DNA from: Caecitellus pseudoparvulus
Lineage: Eukaryota > Protista > Bigyra: Bicosoecida
Length of the DNA stretch: 64,000 bases
Direction of reading: 5' to 3'
NCBI GenBank assembly: GCA_965644315.1
Contig: CBFFRQ010000091.1
Coordinates: 79,793 to 143,792 of the forward strand
This document shows positions 1-13,100 of the stretch, piece after piece (the stretch's first letter is position 1; every line of letters begins with the position of its first letter). Under the pieces are notes generated by a model. It did not search any database, was not told where the DNA came from, and saw only the letters and a list, made by a program, of their open reading frames with translations. Made by a program: the position numbers and the translations under genes.

Positions 1-297
1 CGCTGGTGGCGTCTTCGGGGGGGCTTCCTCTGTGGTGGAGACACGGGCGGGTGTGCGGGAGGTGAGGGTGGGAGGAGGGCGGTGAGGGGGGGTGTGCGTC
101 CCCCCACCCCCCTCCCCACCACTGACCATACGCCGCCGCCTGCCGGGATGTAATGCAACAGCAGTCTTCCTGTCGCGGGCACTGCGCCCGTGTGTGTGCG
201 TGTGAGTGCATTGGCGGGACAGCAAAGAACAGAACAACCCGAACACCGAGAACACACAGATTCCGCAACACACACACACGCACACACCGCGGGGGCG

Positions 298-2146
298 TCA
301 CCTGCCCCGACGCCGAATGCGCATTGCTCCGCCCAGCCCCACCCCTGCCGGGGCGGGGTGTCGCCGCCCTCCCCCCCCTGACAGTATCCCGGAGCGCGCC
401 GCTGCCGTGGGCCCATGCCCCGCAGCCGCTGCGGCGGAGGCGGAGGAGGACTTGACTGGGGCGCGGGCGGCGGCGGTGGCAGCCTTGCCGGCTGACTTGC
501 TGAGGGGGTTCACCTTCACCCGTGCGCCGTCTGTGAACAGCGCCGTCAGCTGCACGCCCTGCAGCCCGTCACCGTGCCGGATGCCAGAGGTGTTGGACCG
601 GGCCCGCATGGAGGCGGCGACGTCCAGGGGGTTCCGCATGCCCCCGCCGCCCCCGCCGCCGCTCATGGCGCCCAGCACTGTGTCGCCCAGGGCGGCACTG
701 GTGACACCGCCCTCCGCCGGGGCTGCTTGCGCCGTCGGACGCCGTCGGCGCCGGGGGGCGAAGTCCAGGGTCAGCGTGGCGAGGGGAGGCAGCGCCGACA
801 CAGAGACGGGGCGTGCCGTCTGGCGTGCAGCCAGCTGCTCTGTAATGGTCAGGCTGTCGCGCAGGCTGGAGTGCCCTGTGGGGGGCAGGGGGGTCACGGG
901 GTCCACCACCAGGCTGGGCCGGTGCTTCATGGCCAGGACACTGGCCCGGCGGCGAGAGGAGCCCGACTCCACATCCCCCTTGCCGGGGGCGGGCAGGGCC
1001 GGTGGCTTGGACCGGCCCATGCGGGTGAGCAGGAACACGGCAGCCAAGAACACGACGCCCCCTGCGGCGATGCCGAGGATGGCGGGCAGGGGCAGCCCGG
1101 CGGCGGCGGCGTCGGCGCCGCCGCCGTCATCGTCCCCGAACCGGTTGTTGTTGATGATGTCATCCAGATTGTCCACTGGCACCGTGACGCTGGGGGACAC
1201 GCTGGGGGACACGCTGGGCGAGCGGCTGGGCAGAGGCGTCGGCGTGCGGGAGGGGTCCACACAGTCGTCACTGCCAGTGCTGGCGTCATCCCGCACGCCG
1301 CCACAGTTGCGGATGGGGGAGGCTGAGGCGCTGGGCGTGGCCTGCTGCAGGCTCCGGGGGTCCTCCCACGCTCGCGAGGCGCTGGGCGTCGGCCACGGCG
1401 CCTTGCGCACGCCCTGGCCACTTCCCGGGCCGCCTGCACCAGGCACCGACGGCGCCCGAGCTCCGACATAGGCACATGCCACAGCAGCGCCGACGCCGGG
1501 CTGGCAACGCGCCGAGGAACAGCGCACCTCCACGCTGGACTTGGCCTGCTGAGCCTGCCACTGCAGGGCACAGGTGCTGGGAGATGTGCACCCTGTCGAG
1601 GGTCCCTGCAGCGCCTGCCCTGCTGCAGTGATGAGGCGGCCGAGGCTGGAGCGTTGCCAGGCGCTGTGAGGCGTGTGCAGGGCGCACAGCATGCCAGGTT
1701 GCACAGCAACAGTGCCACTGCATATTGGCCCGCGCTGCCCACGCCTGTGCCTGCGTAGGGCGCGGTGGCAGGAGGGGGTAGGTGCTGCAGGCTACCGAAG
1801 CTTGCCGGCGTCGCAACGCGGCCAGCCAGGCCTTCACTACGCACCGCTCACACGTGGCGTTCAGAGCCTGGACGAGGGCTTGGGCGCCTGGACCATGGCT
1901 AGGCGCGTGCTTGGCGCCCACTGCTTGCCTTTCCCCGCCTGCACTGCCCTGGATTGCCCCTGTGAGCTCCCAACGCACGTGCACCTTGCCAACCTCCGCA
2001 ACTTGCCTCCAAGCCCGACCGTGCCACACCACTGCATCGTGCAGAAACGCAGACCCGCTCACTTCAAGAGGGTGCACAAGGGCAGCCAAGCAGAGCAGCG
2101 CCATCACGGCCAGCGGCCTGGGCCACGCCCTACCTTGCCGCAGCAT
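298..2146 (-). CDS. Putative single-pass type I membrane protein; 5' exon structure uncertain
   Basis: ORF 298..1704 has a Ser/Pro/Thr stalk (PSRTPTPLPSRSPSVSPSVSPS), a TM helix (LPAILGIAAGGVVFLAAVFLL) followed by basic residues, and a low-complexity tail. A signal-peptide-like segment (LAVMALLCLAALVHPLEVSG) lies upstream in another frame, implying introns I could not place. Confidence 0.45.
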
Positions 2147-2309
2147 GATGCGCTCAGCCCTCAAGCGCAGGTCTCCGAGCCGGGCCCTGCCCACGCCGCT
2201 GCGCCGGCCGACATGCGTCGACAGGGGGTGAGACGCAGGGAGTACACCCTGTGTGCCCCTTGCCATACTTTGAGTCACGTGCATTGTGCGTGCAGGCGCC
2301 TCCTGGCCG

Positions 2310-3849
2310 TCACTTGCCTGCCCACGCCCCATGCCCCAGCCACGCCTTGACCAGCTGGCCCATCCGGGCAGCAGCAGGGGGCGTCACGGCAGGCGCGCCG
2401 TTGGAGGCAGGCACGAGCCCCCCCCACCACATGACGTACTTCACCCCAACACCGCCCACCTGCTCTTTACGGGCCACTGCCGCAGCTGCGTGGGCCATGA
2501 TGCCCCTGTCCAGGGTCATGTTGAAGCCAGGCAGGAAGGGTCTGCGAGGGGGGGGTGAGGGGGGGGGTGAGGAGGGTGTGGGCGCCTCACGCTTTGCGAG
2601 GGCTCACCTGAACCACACCAGCACCGGCTTCAGCAGCTGCAGGATGGCGGGAGTCAAGTGAGTCATCACGGCGCCAGGGCACACCACCACTGACTGCACC
2701 TGTGACGCACTGGCCAGATCAGCCTGCGCAGGGGGGTGGGGAGGCGGCACGATCACAGTGCTGCCGCTCAGCAATGCGCCACGCCAGCACTCACACTGTA
2801 CAGGTCAGTAGCGAACTTGGCCTCGCCATAGCTCTCGCCGTGGCCACCCGTCACGTTCACCTCCCCCTCATGCTCCGCCGGTGGTGGCGCCAGCGCCTCC
2901 CACACCAGGTGTGCCGCTGACGCCGCCCTGGAGCCAGACCACACCACCCGCCCTCCCGCCTCGTCGTCGTGCACTCGCCCTGGCGCCAGCAGCAGCCGCA
3001 GCTGCTCGATGAGCAGTGCATGCCCCAGCACGTGCGTTGCAAAGACATTGGGGGCGCCGGCGCACGAGTAGTTGTGACCCCACAGCGGCTGCGGCAGGAA
3101 GTGCACGCCAGCAGCGTGGGCGCGCCCTGTCTCGAAGAAGTGTGGGATGGCAGCGCGCAGTGTGGCCTCCACAGCCACGCCCCAATTCATGCGCTCCACA
3201 GGCATGTTCCCGGCGTTGCAGAACAACACATCCAGGCGACGCAGGCTGCGCGGAGGGGGGCGTGGGGCGCATGTCTACGCGGCTGCGCTGCTCTGCGGCG
3301 GCGAGGCTCACCTGGCGCGCAGGGAGGAAGCTGCCTTGCGAATGCTGGCGGGGTCCGCCACGTCCACCACGCACAGCTGCAGCTTGGCGCCAGGCACAGC
3401 CTCGCGGATGGCCTGCAACGCAGCATGCCCACGCTGAGCGCTCCGGCACCCCATGATCACCTCCACACCTTGCTCTGCTAGCCGCTTGCACAAGTGAAAG
3501 CCAATGCCACTGCGCATAGTTCCAGGGGCACCGCAATTTCCGCAGCTGCTCCGCGGCGTGGCGCGCCCCTCACACACCTGTTTGCGCCTGTGACCATGAC
3601 AGTGAAGCCATTCGTTCGCTTTGACAGTGTTCCCGCCAGCTCCAAGCTCTCCTTCAACATCTGCGACCACAGCATGCGCCAGGGCGCTACTTTTGCCAGC
3701 AAGCGACACGCTGCCGCTGCGCCACAGCGTACCTTCTTCTCGGCAGCGTCCTGCAGGAACCCTGCCACGACCAGGGCCACGGCAGCGACAAGTGCCACGA
3801 TGCCAACCCACTGCCACAGGCCCACGTCGGCCAGCGTGGAGGTGTCCAT
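2310..3849 (-). CDS. HSD17B7: 3-ketosteroid reductase-like SDR (HSD17B7/ERG27 type), multi-exon, N-terminal TM anchor
   Basis: Splicing joins TGANS|GIG (Rossmann TGxxxGxG), LDVLFCNAGNMP, VFATHVLGHALLIEQL, VVWSGSRAA, catalytic YGEAK-FATDLYS and VVCPGAVMTHLT. These match remembered HSD17B7 motifs (NAGIMP, VFETNVFGH, WTSSRSA, YSSSKYATDL, CPGTALT). GT-AG introns fit between the ORF pieces. Confidence 0.75.
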
Positions 3850-4171
3850 GCCACTCAACTGGCCAGTTGTCCGGACAGGGCTTCACGCAGTCTGCTGGCA
3901 CAGAGCAACACTTGCCTTGGCTGAAAACCACACAAGGCGCCGCTGCAAGACAGCGAAGGGCCGAATGTGGTGTTTGCAGAGGTGCTGAAGGTTGCGGGAG
4001 CGCTCGAAAAGTGCCATTTCTGGCGACTTGCGCTTCGGGCACCTGAACAATTGAACAGCAGATGTAGTGGGGGAGAGCCCAAATGCAGACTGCTTACATA
4101 TCCGTCCCTTTTAATACCGATGAAAGGAGAACACTGAATTGCGAAAAACGAACCAGAACATCATGTGCCCA

Positions 4172-7100
4172 TCACAACCACCCGGCATCGCCACTTCCCT
4201 CCCCATACCGCATGGCAGTCTTGCCGCGCACCCCCACCACCCGCACAGGGGACGCCGGTGCTGGCGTGTCAGGCCCGGTAGTCGGCTCACCGCCCCCCTG
4301 CCCCTCCTGCAGCGCCCCCACCAGCGCAGCATACGCCGCTGTCCGGTGCTGCACAGGGTTCCGCAAGCGAGGCTTGGTGGCCACTGGACCTCGCCGCTTG
4401 CTGGGTGCCCGGAGTGTAGCAGCGTACGCCGCCGCGCGCTCCCGGGCTGACAGCTTGGGCGGCGGCGCAGGGGACGGCGCCAGGGCAGCGGCAGCCTCCG
4501 CCGCCCGTCGCCGGTCCCGATCACTGGGCGCGGCGGGGTGGGGCAGTGGCACGTCCACCGCCCGCACAGCACTGACGGGCGCCACACGAGGGGGGGGAGG
4601 GGGGGTGCTGGGGGCCTCCGACGCTGGCACAGCTGGGGCGGGGGCGCTGACCCCCCCCCCAGGTGCACGCAGCGCTGCCTGCACAGCTGACGCCGCCGCT
4701 GCTGCGGCTGCCTCGGCCGCCTGCTCCTGGGCTGCGGTGGGTGGGGGTGTGGCAGGTGTGGCGGCGGCGGCCGCACCGCTGCGCGCGTTGGAGCGGGGTC
4801 GAGCCAGCGCCTCACGTGCAGCTGCCACTGCCGCAGACAGCACAGCTTGACTGCTGTGCATGAAGGAGACGGTGTCTGCTGCGGCGTCTGCCAGCTCCAG
4901 CCCCTGGGCTGACAGCTCCCCCACAGCCCGCTGCAGGTCACTGTGGTCTTGCACAGGCGTCGCCACCACAGTGCGTGGCGGTGGCGTGGGCGCAGGGGGG
5001 GCCTCCGTGGACTGTGCGGCTGCACCGCTGCGCGGGACGACTGTGGCTGTATCAGGGGCCATGCCGTCCTCGTACGGGGGCGCCCGGTCCGCCTCCCGCA
5101 CACTGGTGCGAGCCACTGCCGAGGCGGGGTCAGCCGGCGAGCGGGGAGTGCATGCAAAGCCAGACGGGGCGGCGCAGGGAGCAGGCGGGGGGGTCACCTG
5201 CCCCACCTGCCGGACCCGCCCCCCTGCTCCCGGCACGTGCAGTGTGGTTGCCACACCCCCCTTCACAGACCTCCGCCTACCCGAGGTGTGTGCGGGGGGG
5301 GCGCCAGGGGGGGGGTGTCGCGGTGGAGGGGGCAGCTCTGCTCCCAGTGCAGGCGTCTCTGGCGCACGGGCGGAACCCCCCTCCCGCTTCAACACGTGGG
5401 GGGCGGCGTCTCGGGGCACCTTGAACGTCACCGTGGCGCCCTTGGGGGATGCCGTCATGGTGGGCCCCTTGCTCGCTTCTTCTCGAACGGGGTAGCCACC
5501 GCCCGGACCTGCGGCAGGCTGTGGCGGCGGGGCGTACGAACGCGCTCCTTCCAGCCGCTCAGCCTGCAGCAGGCTCAGACGGAAGGCGCGTGTGCTGCGG
5601 CCCAAGTCGTAAGGGTGCACTGACAGTGTGCTGGCGGTCAAGTGCTGGCTGGACCCTTGCTCGCTGGACGGGGGGGAGAGTGGCTCACCCCCCTCCTCCT
5701 CACTCTCACGTGACTCTGCCTCGGCAATGCTGCCGCTGTCAGAGTGCGCCTCGGACAACGGACTGTGGGGCCTCACCGCGTCACTTGCCCACCGCTGGGA
5801 AGCAGGGGTGTAGTCTGCTGCTCCCCCAGGCACACTCCGCGCCCCGGGCACCACCATGACTGCACCCTGCGCGCCTTCCTCCCGCCCAGAAGGGGTGCTC
5901 GCCCCACCCACGGCGACACGGGTGCAGTGGTGCGGGGACAAGGCAGGCGGAGGGCTGGCGCGAAGCAAGCCTTGCCGGGAGCGTGTGGCAAGGGAGGCAG
6001 CCTCGCGTCCCGCCATGTCGGAGTGCCGGCCTGCAGCACGCCGCAGCAGTTCCTGCTTCCCCTGCACCACGCGCATGCTGGTGAACGGCGATCCTGGGGT
6101 GGAGAGCGCCAGAACCTCGCTTGCTGGGCGGTGGCGTCCAGAGGAGCGGCCAGCGTGCCAGGAGCTCTCTTGCGCTCTAACAGTGGCGTCGAGGGCGGAC
6201 CATGCACCACCTCCCGGCAGACTGTGCAGTGCGCTGCTGGTCAAGCTATCACCATGCATGCTTTGGGCGGTGGAGTAGGAGCTCAACCCCCCACCAGGCG
6301 TCAAAGCTTCCGAGCCAGGCCATGGGACGTGCACTCGAACAACGTGCTCAACCGGTGCAGCAGTGGCCCGATGTGCCTGCGACACACCAGGTGGCATCAT
6401 GCCCACGCCCCCCACACTGGACCCCACCATGCCCCCGCCCGACACACCAGGCGGCATCATGCCCACGCCCCCCACACTGGACCCCGCCACGCCCCCGCCC
6501 GACACACCAGGCGGCATCATGCCCACGCCCCCCACACTGGACCCCACCATGCCCCCGCCCGACACACCAGGCGGCATCATGCCCACGCCCCCCACACTGG
6601 ACCCCACCATGCCCCCGCCCGACACACCAGGCGGCATCATGCCCACGCCCCCCACACTGGACCCCGCCATGCCCACACTCGACACACCAGGTGGCATCAT
6701 GCCCACGCCCCCCACACTGGACCCCACCATGCCCCCGCCCGACACACCAGGCGGCATCATGCCCCCGCCCCCCACACTGGACCCCGCCATGACCCCGCCC
6801 GACACACCAGGCGGCATCATGCCCACGCCCCCCACACCAGGCGGCATCATGCCCACGCCCGACACACCAGGCGGCATCATGCCCCCGCCCCCCACACTGG
6901 ACCCCGCCACGCCCACACCCGACACACCAGGCGGCATCATGCCCACGCCCCCCACACTGGACCCCGCCATGCCCACACTCGACACACCAGGTGGCATCAT
7001 GCCCACGCCCCCCACACTGGACCCCGCCATGCCCCCGCCCGACACACCAGGCGGCATCATGCCCACGCCCCCCACACTGGACCCCGCCATGCCCCCGCCC

Positions 7101-10100
7101 GACACACCAGGTGGCATCATGCCCACGCCCCACTCACTGGACCCCGCCATGCCCCCGCCCGACACACCAGGCGGCATCATGCCCACGCCCCCCACACTGG
7201 ACCCCGCCACGCCCCCGCCCGACACACCAGGCGGCATCATGCCCACGCCCCCCACACTGGACCCCGCCATGCCCCCGCCCGACACACCAGGTGGCATCAT
7301 GCCCACGCCCCCCACACTGGACCCCGCCACGCCCACACTCGACTCACCAGGCGGCATCATGCCCCCACCCCCCACACTGGACCCCGCCATGCCCCCGCCC
7401 GACACACCAGGCGGCATCATGCCCACGCCCCCACACTGGACCCCGCCATGCCCCCGCCCGACACACCAGGCGGCATCATGCCCACGCCCCCCACACTGGA
7501 CCCCGCCATGACCCAGCCAGACACACCAGGCGGCATCATGCCCACGCCCAACACACTGGACCCCGCCATGACCCCGCCCGACACACCAGGCGGCATCATG
7601 CCCCCGCCCCCCACACTGGACCCCGCCATGACCCTGCCCGACACACCAGGCGGCATCATGCCCCCGCCCCCCACACTGGACCCCGCCATGCCCCCGCCCG
7701 ACACACCAGGCGGCATCATGCCCACGCCCCCCACACTGGACCCCGCCATGCCCCCGCCCGACACACCAGGCGGCATCATGCCCACGCCCCCCACACTGGA
7801 CCCCGCCATGCCCCCGCCCGACACACCAGGCGGCATCATGCCCCCGCCCCCCACACTGGACCCCACCATGCCCCCGCCCGACACACCAGGCGGCATCATG
7901 CCCCCGCTCCCCACACTGGACCCCGCCATGCCCCCGCCCGACACACCAGGCGGCATCATGCCCACGCCCCCACACTGGACCCCGCCACGCCCCCGCCCGA
8001 CACACCAGGCGGCATCATGCCCACGCCCCCCACACTGGACCCCACCATGCCCACACTCGACACACCAGGCGGCATCATGCCCACGCCCCCCACACTGGAC
8101 CCCGCCACGCCCCCGCCCGACACACCAGGCGGCATCATGCCCACGCCCCCCACACTGGACCCCGCCATGTCCACGCCCCCACACTGGACCCCGCCACGAC
8201 CCCGCCCGACACACCAGGCGGCATCATGCCCCCGCCCCCCCCACTGGACCCCGCCATGCCCACGCCCCCCACACTGGACCCCGCCATGACCCTGCCCGAC
8301 ACACCAGGCGGCATCATGCCCCCGCCCCCCACACTGGACCCCGCCACGCCCACACCCGACACACCAGGCGGCATCATGCCCACGCCCCCCACACTGGACC
8401 CCACCATGCCCCCGCCCGACACACCAGGCGGAGGAGGTGGGCGAGATACTGGATGTGCGCCAGTTCTTGCACTTATCTTGAGTGAATCTGATGGCAGAAC
8501 CTGTGTGCCCACCGTGTCGACCAACAGCAAGCTCTGCGGCCCAGGATGGGCCTGTGGGCTGCTTGATCGGGTCGAATGAAGACTACGAGTCAGCAGTCCA
8601 GATGCTGTTCCTGCAGCTTCTGATGCTGAGTGCCGGAGCAAGTCCGATTCCTCCACTTCCACCAAGGCGCGCACAGCAGACAGCTCCGTGTCGTGTCTGG
8701 CTTGCAATGCAGCCTTCTCTGCATCATGTGCCTTCAACTCAGCTTCGATGCGGCGGCTTTCCTGCAGTGCAAGGCGATCAGCTTGCTCGGCGAGAGCTGC
8801 CTCTGTGGCAGCCATGGCATCTTCACTTGCTGCCACTTGCCGTCGCAGGGCAGAGATCTCCTCCTGAAACTGCCCCTCTCTTTCACGGGACGCGTCCAGT
8901 ACGTTGCGCATGTCCTGCAACTTCTCCACAAGCTTCATGGCAGACTCAGCAGACAAAGCACCTTCCGGCAGCTTGGGTTGGGCTTCAGTTGTTTCTGACA
9001 TTGCCTCTTGTGCTTCTTGCGCAGCCCTGGCCGCTTCGGCCTGGCTTGTTAAACTTTCCACGCGGTCCTCAAGCTGCGAGAGCTGCCGCTGCTGTTCGGC
9101 ACGAGCTTCAGCTGCTCGTATTTCCCGCTCCATATCCTTCAGCTGGAGCTCGAGCGCATCTGCATCGCGCTCAGCCTTCAGTCGTTGCAGGCCATCTGGT
9201 TGATCCTTCAGCTGACTTCTGACATCCGCCAGGACCTGCTTGGCAGCCTCCAAGTGCCCATACCGTTTCTGAAAGTTTGAGTGGCTTGCCGTCTCAGGTG
9301 CTTCCCCACCACTTGGCTCCCTTGCAGACTCGAGCATCCGTTGCAATGTGCCAAGCAGATGGTCTGCCGATCGTACAGCAGAGGCATCAACCGAACGTTC
9401 TTCCAGAGATTCCGGGCCCTCATGTGAGCTCACAGACTGATCTGACGTAAACGAAACAGATACAGGCGGGAACTGCCGCGTTCTCAGCAATGGGCGCACG
9501 CGGGGAGTGAGAGGCGCCGTGCGGAACGACGAGCCAAGCGAATGCATACCCACAGCAGTCCTTCCTTCAAACGAAGATCGCTTTGGCGTCTGAAGGACCA
9601 CTGGACGAGAGGTTAAATCTACATCTGGGGCAATCAATCTTGGTGATGCAAGCCGAGCCACAGCCCGCTGCAGCGCCGCCACATCCCCAACCGACACGCC
9701 GCCCCCCGACGCCAGACCCCCCACACCCACACGCACCACGTCCGACACACCCATCACACGGTCCACGCCCGGCACCTCACCACTGCCATCACGGCACCCC
9801 GCATCCACAACGTGCCCTGCCACTGCACCCACCATGTGCGGCAGGCCCTCATCCGACAGCCACGACAGGACCTCCGGAGACACGTGTGCCACACGCGGAC
9901 CCCCCCCTCCACCACTGCTGCTGCTGGTGCCGCTGCCCCCCTCCCCACGCGGCAGCATGACGCTCACGGCGTCACCCATGGGCCCTCCCACGCCCCGCCC
10001 ATCGCCCCCGGACGCCCGCCCCCCGCCCACACGAGACACAGCCCGCTGCAGCGCCGACACATCCCCAACCGACACGCCACCCCCCGACGCCAGACCCCCC

Positions 10101-13100
10101 ACACCCACACGCACCACGTCCGACACACCCATCACACGGTCCACGCCCGGCACCTCACCACTGCCATCACGGCACCCCGCATCCACAACGTGCCCTGCCA
10201 CTGCACCCACCATGTGCGGCAGGCCCTCATCCGACAGCCACGACAGGACCTCCGGAGACACGTGTGCCACACGCCGACCCCCACCACCACTGCTGCTGCT
10301 GGTGCCGCTGCCCCCTCCCCACGCGGCAGCATGACGCTCACGGCGTCACCCATGGGCCCTCCCACGCCCCGCCCATCGCCCCCTGACGCACGCCCCCCGC
10401 CCACACGAGACACAGCCCGCTGCAGCGCCGCCACATCCCCAACCGACACGCCGCCCCCCGACGCCAGACCCCCCACACCCACACGCACCACGTCCGACAC
10501 ACCCATCACACGGTCCACGCCCGGCACCTCACCACTGCCATCACGGCACCCCGCATCCACAACGTGCCCTGCCACTGCACCCACCATGTGCGGCAGGCCC
10601 TCATCCGACAGCCACGACAGGACCTCCGGAGACACGTGTGCCACACGCGGACCCCCCCCTCCACCACTGCTGCTGCTGGTGCCGCTGCCCCCCTCCCCAC
10701 GCGGCAGCATGACGCTCACGGCGTCACCCATGGGCCCTCCCACGCCCCGCCCATCGCCCCCTGACGCACGCCCCCCGCCCACACGAGACACAGCCCGCTG
10801 CAGCGCCGCCACATCCCCAACCGACACGCCGCCCCCCGACGCCAGACCCCCCACACCCACACGCACCACGTCCGACACACCCATCACACGGTCCACGCCC
10901 GGCACCTCACCACTGCCATCACGGCACCCCGCATCCACAACGTGCCCTGCCACTGCACCCACCATGTGCGGCAGGCCCTCATCCGACAGCCACGACAGGA
11001 CCTCCGGAGACACGTGTGCCACACGCGGACCCCCTCCACCACTGCTGCTGCTGGTGCCGCTGCCCCCTCCCCACGCGGCAGCATGACGCTCACGGCGTCA
11101 CCCATGGGCCCTCCCACGCCCCGCCCATCGCCCCCCGACGCACGCCCCCCGCCCACACGAGACACAGCCCGCTGCAGCGCCGCCACATCCCCAACCGACA
11201 CGCCACCCCCCGACGCCAGACCCCCCACACCCACACGCACCACGTCCGACACACCCATCACACGGTCCACGCCCGGCACCTCACCACTGCCATCACGGCA
11301 CCCCGCATCCACAACGTGCCCTGCCACTGCACCCACCATGTGCGGCAGGCCCTCATCCGACAGCCACGACAGGACCTCCGGAGACACGTGTGCCACACGC
11401 GGACCCCCCCCACCGCCACTGCTGCTGCTGGTGCCGCTGCCCCCTCCCCACGCGGCAGCATGACGCTCACGGCGTCACCCATGGGCCCTCCCACGCCCCG
11501 CCCATCGCCCCCTGACGCACGCCCCCCGCCCACACGAGACACAGCCCGCTGCAGCGCCGCCACATCCCCAACCGACACGCCACCCCCCGACGCCAGACCC
11601 CCCACACCCACACGCACCACGTCCGACACACCCATCACACGGTCCACGCCCGGCACCTCACCACTGCCATCACGGCACCCCGCATCCACAACGTGCCCTG
11701 CCACTGCACCCACCATGTGCGGCAGGCCCTCATCCGACAGCCACGACAGGACCTCCGGAGACACGTGTGCCACACGCGGACCCCCTCCACCACTGCTGCT
11801 GCTGGTGCCGCTGCCCCCCTCCCCACGCGGCAGCATGACGCTCACGGCGTCACCCATGGGCCCTCCCACGCCCCGCCCATCGCCCCCTGACGCACGCCCC
11901 CCGCCCACACGAGACACAGCCCGCTGCAGCGCCGCCACATCCCCAACCGACACGCCACCCCCCGACGCCAGACCCCCCACACCCACACGCACCACGTCCG
12001 ACACACCCATCACACGGTCCACGCCCGGCACCTCACCACTGCCATCACGGCACCCCGCATCCACAACGTGCCCTGCCACTGCACCCACCATGTGCGGCAG
12101 GCCCTCATCCGACAGCCACGACAGGACCTCCGGAGACACGTGTGCCACACGCGGACCCCCCCCACCGCCACTGCTGCTGCTGGTGCCGCTGCCCCCCTCC
12201 CCACGCGGCAGCATGACGCTCACGGCGTCACCCATGGGCCCTCCCACGCCCCGCCCATCGCCCCCCGACGCACGCCCCCCGCCCACACGAGACACAGCCC
12301 GCTGCAGCGCCGCCACATCCCCAACCGACACGCCACCCCCCGACGCCAGACCCCCCACACCCACACGCACCACGTCCGACACACCCATCACACGGTCCAC
12401 GCCCGGCACCTCACCACTGCCATCACGGCACCCCGCATCCACAACATGCCCTGCCACTGCACCCACCATGTGCGGCAGGCCCTCATCCGACAACCATGAT
12501 ACCATACTCTCGTCGACAGCAATGGCCTGTCCTTGATGACTAACCTCAACCACCTTTGGAAGATTCTGAGAGAGTGTGTGGTTGGGGGTTGATGTCTGTG
12601 CCCACGGTCCAGAATCAGTGAAGTCCCTGAGCATTTGCGCAGCTTGAGCCTGAGGTGTGGCTGGAAGTGGTTCCAGGTTCTGTTGCTTTGTAGCGCCAGG
12701 AGGCGTCCATGTACTGCGAGGAAGTCTTCCGGATGGAAAGGTAGGAGCTTGGCTTTCAGGGCTTGGCTCCTGCTTGTCTGGTGAAGCGTATGTTGGAGTT
12801 GAGGCGGGCTTCGTGGCAGCCCTAAGATCTGCCCTTTCAGTTGAGAGCGGAGGAGACGCCACTTCACCCGCTGCCCCTTGCACCAATCCCATGACGGTAC
12901 CACGCCCACCCTTGCCTCCTGGACCGCCGGGATGCTGGGGGGATGGGTGGCCGGGAGCGCTGCCGTGGGCCCCGCCATCAGTGGGTGGGTTCTGCTGTGA
13001 AGAAGACTCGGAAGCAAGTACACCATGGAGAGAATGACCTACTCTCTGTTGTGTTCCTGGGTACAAGGGGGGCTTGATTATGCGTCCCCTGGATGGGGTA

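Noticed and set aside
188-287. GT-rich and CA-rich tracts forming an apparent inverted repeat, or telomere-like sequence
   Set aside because: Short imperfect dinucleotide runs in a probable 3' UTR; no regular telomeric unit.
6380-8431. 60-bp array as a CRISPR array
   Set aside because: No unique spacers, no cas genes, eukaryotic context; it is a simple coding tandem repeat.
7420-11450. Frameshifts as programmed frameshifting, phase variation or pseudogenisation
   Set aside because: They are single-base losses in C homopolymers, typical of long-read consensus error; raw reads would be needed to claim otherwise.
5744-12536. Long His/Pro/Thr-rich plus-strand ORFs and alternative-frame minus ORFs over the arrays
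   Set aside because: Shadow frames of stop-free repeats with unit length divisible by three. Only the GGVGMMPP and SAM-like frames continue into unique coding flanks.
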